A stretch of DNA of 29,504 nt from Octopus sinensis (taxonomy: Eukaryota). The DNA lies in the NCBI RefSeq assembly GCF_006345805.1, contig NW_021832956.1, forward strand, positions 1 to 29,504, in the 5' to 3' direction. Positions 23,186-29,504 of the stretch are shown one piece after another; position 1 is the stretch's first letter; the number at the start of each line of letters is the position of its first letter. Made by a program: the position numbers and the translations under genes. The notes beneath the pieces were generated by a model, which searched no databases, was not told the DNA's origin, and was given only the letters and a program-made list of their open reading frames with translations.

Positions 23186-23500
23186 AAGGCGCGTGGCTTA
23201 GTGGTTAGGGCATTCGGCTTAAGGTCGTAAGTTCAATTCCAAGCGACATGTTGTGTCCTTGAGCAAGACACTTTATTTCACATTGCTCCAGTCCAATCAG
23301 TTGGCAAAAGCGAGTCATACCTGTATTTCAAAGGGTCAACCTTGTCATGCTCTGTGTCACACTGAATCTCCCTGAGAACTATGTTAAGGGTACACCTGTC
23401 TGTGGAATGCTCAGCCACTTGCACGGTAATTTCACAAGCAAGCTCTTCTGTTGATCATATCAGCTGGGACCCTCGCAGTTGTAACCGATGAAGTGCACCT
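22800..23500 (+). mobile_element. Cluster of tRNA-SINE heads (22800, 22975) and one near-complete SINE (23186-23500)
   Basis: A/B boxes and bodies matching other copies in the window. Confidence 0.8.
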
Positions 23501-23837
23501 TTATATATATATATATACACACATATATATATATATAATGTGATTATGTGATTGACCAGACTGTCAGATGTTGTTATACATCACTGATCACAATGCACTT
23601 TGCATTGTTTTAGATTTCGAGAGTTGTCACCCCCACCCACCACTGGCTTTGCAAGGAAGCCAACTTTCTCCCTGATTAAAAGGCTCCTCCATCACAGGAT
23701 CACTCATCTACAGCTGAGTGGACTGGGGTTAGATGAAATGTACTCTGAAACTATGCAGCAAGCTGCGAGACTGTTGTCATTTTTCTTGCCAGCGCATCAT
23801 CTCTCACTTTGCACCTTCAAAGACATATGAAATTAAA

Positions 23838-23886
<49 letters not shown>

Positions 23887-24043
23887 CCATTGCTTGACGT
23901 CTGCTTTCCATGCTGGCATGTGTTGGACAGTTTGACTGAGGACTGGCAAGCCAGGCTCCCTTTATTGAAAAACATGTTTAGTGTTAGTGACAGCAAGAGC
24001 ATTTAGTTGTATAACAATGCTTCAGTAATATACTCATCTAACA

Positions 24044-24260
24044 AGGCAGCGAGATGGCAGAACCATTAGAATGCTGGGCGAAATGCTTAGTTGTATTTCA
24101 TCTATCTTTAGGTTCTGAGTTCAAATTCCACTGAGGTCGACTTTGCCTTCCATCTTTTCGGAGTCGATAAATTAAGTACCAGTAGCGTACTGGGGTCAAT
24201 TTAATCGACTGTCCCCCTCTCCCCAAAATTTCGGGCCTTGTGCCTAGAGTAGAAAAGAAT
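24044..24260 (+). mobile_element. tRNA-SINE
   Basis: GGCAGCGAGATGGCAGAA...GAGTTCAAATTCC...GTCGACTTTGCCTT. Confidence 0.8.
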
Positions 24261-24456
24261 ATACCCATCTAACCCATGCTAGCATAGGAAAATGAACATA
24301 AAGTGACCAAACCAAGAAGAAACTTATTATTTCCCAGAGTCTCTCACACAATATTCTGATGACTTCCTGAAGTCAGAGTTGTATTTTTTGTTAGTTTTTT
24401 GGTGAGAATTTGATAGTCCAGCCTCTGTTTCATAGACATGATGTCTCCTTGTGTCT

Positions 24457-24496
24457 TGCTGCTGCTGCTGCTACTGCTGCTACCACTACCACCACC

Positions 24497-24573
<77 letters not shown>
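24457..24573. repeat. (CTG)n/(CCA)n/(CTA)n tract
   Basis: Direct reading. Confidence 0.95.
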
Positions 24574-24576
<3 letters not shown>

Positions 24577-25126
24577 GAAATAGTTTATCTGGTGCCATCT
24601 CCTCCCCTTACTCATGTTGTGTCCACCACCAACCAGGCTCTGTACTAAGCACCACATCCAATCCTTCTTCCCCTGCTGGACTATGCCTTCCTTCTGAAAT
24701 TTCCTCGCTCCGTACCCTCTCCTCCCGCTCTTCCTCACTCTCCCTTTTATATCTTCCATCCTCTCTTTTACACCACTCCTCCTTTCTCACCATCCAACCA
24801 TTCTCCCCCACCCCTACATCACTACCATGCACCCCACCACAGACACACTCCCCACCCTTATATAACTCCACCCAGAACATCCCTCCCACTACATATACAC
24901 TACATCCTCACACCACCACCACCACCACGGCTAACTTCTATCACCTCCCTTCCTCCCACTATGTATTTCATTAACCAGCAATAACACACATACACACACA
25001 CATACACATACATACATACACTTGCACACACATACACACATATACACATACGCTCACACACTCACACATACACACTCATATCTCTGTTTTGACCAAACTT
25101 GTTGCCATCTTAAAAGTTTACATTGA

Positions 25127-25632
25127 TCTCTCTTCCTCTCCCTCTCTCACTTTCTCTCTTCCTCTTCCTCTCTCCCTCTCTCTCTTCCTCCCCCTCTCTC
25201 GCTTTCTCTCTTCCTCTCCCTCTCTCGCTTCCTCTCTTCCTCTCCCTCTCTCCCTTTCTCTCTTCCTCTTCCTCTCCCTCTTTCACTTTCTCTCTTCCTC
25301 TCCCTCTCTCCCTTTCTCTCTTCCTCTCCATCTCTCCCTCTCTCACTTTCTCTTTTCCTCTCCCTCTCTCGCTTTCTCTCTTCCTCTCCCTCTCTCACTT
25401 TCTCTCTTCCTCTCCCTCTCTCACTTTCTCTCTCCTCCTCTCCCTATCTCGCTTCCTCTCTTCCTCTCCCTCTCCTCGCTTTCTCTCTTCCTCTCCCTCT
25501 CTCGCTTCCTCTCTTCCTCTCCCTCTCTCACTTTCTCTCTTCCTCTCCCTCTCTCACTTTCTCTCTTCCTCTCCCTCTCTCACTTTCTCTCTTCCTCTCC
25601 CTCTCTCACTTTCTCTCTTCCTCTCCCTCCCT
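25127..25632. repeat. Polypyrimidine minisatellite, ~26-bp unit CTCTCTTCCTCTCCCTCTCTCACTTT
   Basis: Direct reading. Confidence 0.92.
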
Positions 25633-26503
25633 CATCAATGCTTTATTCATCTCATCGTTCCTATTTCAATTTCTCCAACATCAGAATAGAAGCTAAACTC
25701 CACTCCACTCTAAACTCCACATTCCACACTCCACATTCCACACTCCATTCCACAATCCACACCATGCCTTACCCTACAATACTCCTTGCTCCCTCCTTAA
25801 CATCTTCACTCTGTCTTTTTCACTCAATCACTCCAGCACCCAAAATAGAAGTTCTAAACTCCACACTCCACTCCATAACACACTTCTTCCACTCAAAAAT
25901 ACCTCACTCCACTCCACTCCTACATAAAACCTCCCATCGCCAGTGTTTTATTTATCTCATCCTTTCTTTTTCGGTAGATTTCTCCAGCACTTGCTCAAGG
26001 TACTGTGCAGTGGGACTGAACTCACAACCATGTGCTTGGGAAGGTTTGAGCAAATGAGGAAACTTCTTTGTGGTCACAACTGTTAACACTATTTTCTTAA
26101 AAAAGAGAGAAAGTAGATTTATACATACCCCTAAAAAAATAGAAGCTACACTCCACTCTAAACTCTATCTTCCACTCCATAACACACATCTTTCACTCCA
26201 AAATACATCTCACTTCATTCCACTTCACTCCACTCCACTCCACTTCACAAAAAAACCTCTCATCAATATCTTCTTCGTCTCATCCTTCCTTTTTTCAGTT
26301 GATTTCCAGAGCACTCAGAATAGAAGCTACACTCCACTCTAAACTCCACACTCCACTCCAAAACACACCTCACTCCACTCCACTCCACAAAAACCTTCCT
26401 CAATGTCTTATACATCTCATCCATCCTTTTATTTTCAGTTGATTTCTCCAGCGCATCAAAACAGAAGCCACACTCCACTCTCAGCTCCACACTCCACTCC
26501 ACC
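25633..26503 (+). repeat. Degenerate ~140-180-bp tandem repeat rich in (CACTC)n
   Basis: AATAGAAG-type unit marker at ~25685, 25843, 26138, 26318 and 26460. Confidence 0.8.
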
Positions 26504-26573
26504 TTACATCTTCTACCAAAGCTGTTTAATGCTTCTATCGCTGGCTCCAGTCTTCCAGTAGAATCATCCGACC

Positions 26574-26741
26574 ATGAGCGATTGGGGAGTAATTGTTCTG
26601 GTTGTCATAGTGATCGGTGCCTTGGCAGGAGGGATTGCCATGTTGCTTCGATTGTACGGCATCTACAACCTAACCTCTTGCTTTGCCTACGGAGAGGAGA
26701 AAGCTGTTCTAACGAAGAACGAACATTACAATGGCTACATG
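26574..26741 (+). CDS. Coding exon of a single-pass membrane protein (MSDWGVIVLVVIVIGALAGGIAMLLRLYGIYNLTSCFAYGEEKAVLTKNEHYNGYM)
   Basis: ACCATG context, ~21-residue hydrophobic helix, non-repetitive composition, upstream CAG/TAG acceptors, phase-0 donor ATG|GTGAGT at 26742. Unspliced ORF is 59 aa, so it is absent from the ORF track. Confidence 0.75.
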
Positions 26742-26811
26742 GTGAGTAATTAGTTTCATTAATGTCTTTGAATTAGTCATTAGTCATCTTTTATCTTTAA
26801 TCTTATGTCTT

Positions 26812-27092
26812 TTGTCTTTTAGTTGTTTCAGCCATTAGACTGTGGCCATGCTGGGGCACCACTTTGAAATATTTTTCGCTGAATGGATCGTCCCAGTACT
26901 TATAGTTTTAAGCCTAGTTCTTATTCTATTGATCTCTTTTTGCCAAATCGCTAAGTTACAGGGATGTAAACACACCAACACCAGTTGTCAAGTGCTGGTG
27001 GGGGACAAACACAGACACAAAGACACACACACACACACATGTATAGATTGGTTTTCTTTCAGTTTCTTACCACACAGCCACTCTTGCACCTA
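26812..27092 (-). mobile_element. Diverged, internally deleted dominant tRNA-SINE
   Basis: Homologous to 6121-6529. Confidence 0.8.
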
Positions 27093-27386
27093 CGTGATAA
27101 TAATAATTGCTTCTAACTGGAGCTCAAGGTTGGCATTTTGAGGGGAAGGGATAGTTGATACCACCACCCTGGGTACAGAGTTGGTACTTTATATTATTGA
27201 TCCTGGAGGGACGAAAGGCAAAGTTGACTGTGGCAGGATTTGAACTCAGAACATAGAACACCAGAGCAAATACTGCATGACAATTCGTCCATTGCTCTAG
27301 CAATTCTGTCAATAGAATCTACTCACAAGGCTTAGGTCAGGCAAAGGCTATAATGAAAGACATTGGCTGACCCCCTTAGTTTGCAG

Positions 27387-27420
27387 GGCTAGTTTCAGCC
27401 CTATGCTGGGATATCATCAG
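27387..27420 (-). ncRNA. Degenerate minimal hammerhead core
   Basis: Minus strand CTGATGA-TATCCC-AGCATA-GGGCT-GAAA-CTAG-CC. Stem I not recoverable. Confidence 0.35.
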
Positions 27421-27565
27421 TAACTGATTTGCCCTCTTAACTGTGCACAGGTCTAAGGTGCCAAGCAGTGGGGCCAGACCTGGAACCATGTAATTGTAAA
27501 CCAAACTTCTTACCACCTCAGAAGCATTTTAATAATTCTCCCATCCCCACAAGACACCTTTACAC

Positions 27566-27754
27566 TTACTCTTTTACTTGTTTCAGTCATTTGACTGTGG
27601 CCATGCTGGAGCACCGCCTTTAGTCAAGCAAATCAACCCCAGGACTTATTCTTTGTAAGCCCAGTACTTATTCTATCAGTCTCTTTTGCCGAACCGCAAA
27701 GTGACGGGAATGTAAACACACCAGCATCGGTTGTCAAGCAATGCTAGGGGACAA

Positions 27755-27786
<32 letters not shown>

Positions 27787-27962
27787 GTACATATATACGA
27801 CAGGCTTCTTTCAGTTTCCATCTACCAAATCCACTCACAAGATATTGGTCGGCCCGGGGCTATAGCAGAAGACACTTGCCCAAGATGCCATGCAGTGGGA
27901 CTGAACCCGGAACCGTGTGGTTGGTTAGCAAGCTACTTACCACACAGCTACTCCTGTGCCTA
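27566..27962 (-). mobile_element. Full-length dominant tRNA-SINE
   Basis: Co-linear with 6121-6529. Confidence 0.92.
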
Positions 27963-28284
27963 CGTGATAATAATAATTGCTTCTAACTGAAGCTCAAGGT
28001 TGGCATTTCGAGGGGAAGGGATAGTTGATACCATCACCCTGGGTACAGAGTTGGTACTTTATATTATTGATCCTGGAGGGACGAAAGGCAAAGTTGACTG
28101 TGGCGGGATTTGAACTCAGAACATAGAACACCAGAGCAAATACTGCATGACAATTCGTCCATTGCTCCAGCAATTCTGTCAATAGAATTGGCTTTAAATT
28201 TTGGAACAAAGCCAGCAAATTTAGCAGAAAGGAAGTAAGACAATTACCTTGACCCCAGTGCATGGCTGGTACTTTATTTTATCA

Positions 28285-28506
28285 TGGCCATTGCCAGCCT
28301 CGTCTGGCCCCGTGCTGGTGGCACGTAAAATGCACCCACTACACTCACAGAGTGGTTGGCGTTAGGAAGGGCATCCAGCTGTAGAAACACTGCCAGATCA
28401 GACTGGGCCTGGTACAGCTTCCATGGCTTACCAGACCCCTGTTGAACCGTCCAACCCATGCCAGCATGGAAAGCGGACGTTAAACGCTGATGATGATGAT
28501 GATGAG
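28285..28506 (+). mobile_element. RTE-type tail element with (GAT)n
   Basis: Matches 15870-16083. Confidence 0.85.
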
Positions 28507-28517
28507 GAGAAGGAATG

Positions 28518-29120
28518 AAAGGCATGGGCGATAGTAGTTAGGGTGCTACAGTCATGATTGCAAGATTGTGGTTTCAATCCCTGGACTGTGCAGAGCGTTG
28601 TGTCAGTGAGCAAAAACACTTCATTTCATGTTGCTCCAGTCTACTCAGCTGTAAGTGGGTCCACCCTGTAGTGGACTGGTGTCCTGTTCATGGACGAATT
28701 TGTGATCTTAGTTACTTATGCGCATTGGAAATTGGGTATTTGACCTTATGAGTGCTAGGACTTCAGAGATTAATTGTCCAGGAGTTGATAATAATGATGA
28801 TGACAATGAAGATGAATTTGATGATGATGAGGATGGAGGGATAAAAAGCAAAGTCAACTGAACATAAGGAACCAGAAGAAACATGGCAAACCAATTTACT
28901 TGATGCTCCAGCAATTCCTTCCAATAAAAGGGTTTCAAATTTTGGCACCAGACCAGCAAATTTAAGTCAATGACATTGACCCCAGTGCTTGGCTGGTACT
29001 TATCTTATTGACCCCGAAAGGATCGAAAATAAAGTTGACCCCAGAATGCAAAGAACTAAAAGAAAAGCTGCTAAGCATTTTCATCTGACATGCTAATGAT
29101 TCTGCCAGCTTACCACCTTA
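28518..29120. mobile_element. Old SINE fragments in mixed orientation
   Basis: B box GGTTTCAATCCC at ~28571. AAAGTCAAC/AAAGTTGAC bodies on the opposite strand. Confidence 0.6.
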
Positions 29121-29122
29121 AA

Positions 29123-29174
<52 letters not shown>

Positions 29175-29203
29175 TAATAATAATGATGATAATAATGATA
29201 AAT

Positions 29204-29366
29204 AGGTGTAGGAGTGGCTGTGTGGTAAGTAGCTTGCTTACCAACCACATGGTTCTGGGTTCGGTCCCACTGCGTGGCACCTTGGGCAAGTGTCTTCTAC
29301 TATAGCCTCGGGCCGACCAAAGCCTTGTGAGTGGATTTGGTAGACGGAAACTGAAAGAAGCCCATC

Positions 29367-29413
<47 letters not shown>

Positions 29414-29504
29414 AACCCATGCTAGCTTGGAAAGCGGACGTTAAACGATGATGATGATGATGATGATATATATGCGTGTGTGTTTGTGTGTCTGTGTTTG
29501 TCCC
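29204..29504 (+). mobile_element. Dominant tRNA-SINE (runs off the window) with nested (GAT)n tail fragment at 29415-29466
   Basis: GGAGTGGCTGTGTGG A box, GGTTCGGTCCC B box. Confidence 0.9.

Larger units (their letters stand above)
27066..28188 (+). repeat. Direct duplication of ~250 bp (27066-27318 and 27936-28188)
   Basis: Near-identical text at a constant offset of 870 bp. Confidence 0.92.

Noticed and set aside
24438-24974. 178-aa ORF with poly-Leu pseudo-signal peptide and Ser/Pro/Thr-rich body
   Set aside because: Poly-Leu comes from (CTA)n and the remainder is C-rich low-complexity DNA.
25089-26057. 322-aa Ser/Leu/Phe-rich ORF
   Set aside because: Polypyrimidine minisatellite translation.

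Overview
AT-rich, repeat-saturated animal genomic DNA. The tRNA-derived SINE families, (GAT)n-tailed RTE-type repeats and huge microsatellites look like an octopus/coleoid cephalopod genome; this is recognition from memory, not a database result. Almost every ORF in the supplied track is a microsatellite or SINE artefact. Identifiable mobile elements: tRNA-SINEs, decayed RTE LINE 3' ends (one with a nested tandem array), TTAA piggyBac-type MITEs, Helitron/Helentron-type elements and a Tc1/mariner relic. Two candidate genes are not represented as such in the ORF track. (i) + strand: tandem M-boxes and TATA (~21777-21880), a non-coding first exon ending at 21988, and a 56-codon transmembrane exon at 26574-26741. 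(ii) - strand: candidate exons (1187-133) for a short secreted protein. The most striking signals are hammerhead-ribozyme motifs in short, mostly (TA)n-embedded Penelope-like fragments. These include an apparently non-circularly permuted hammerhead at 20309-20369 and a 172-bp palindrome centred on a helix-III-like sequence.
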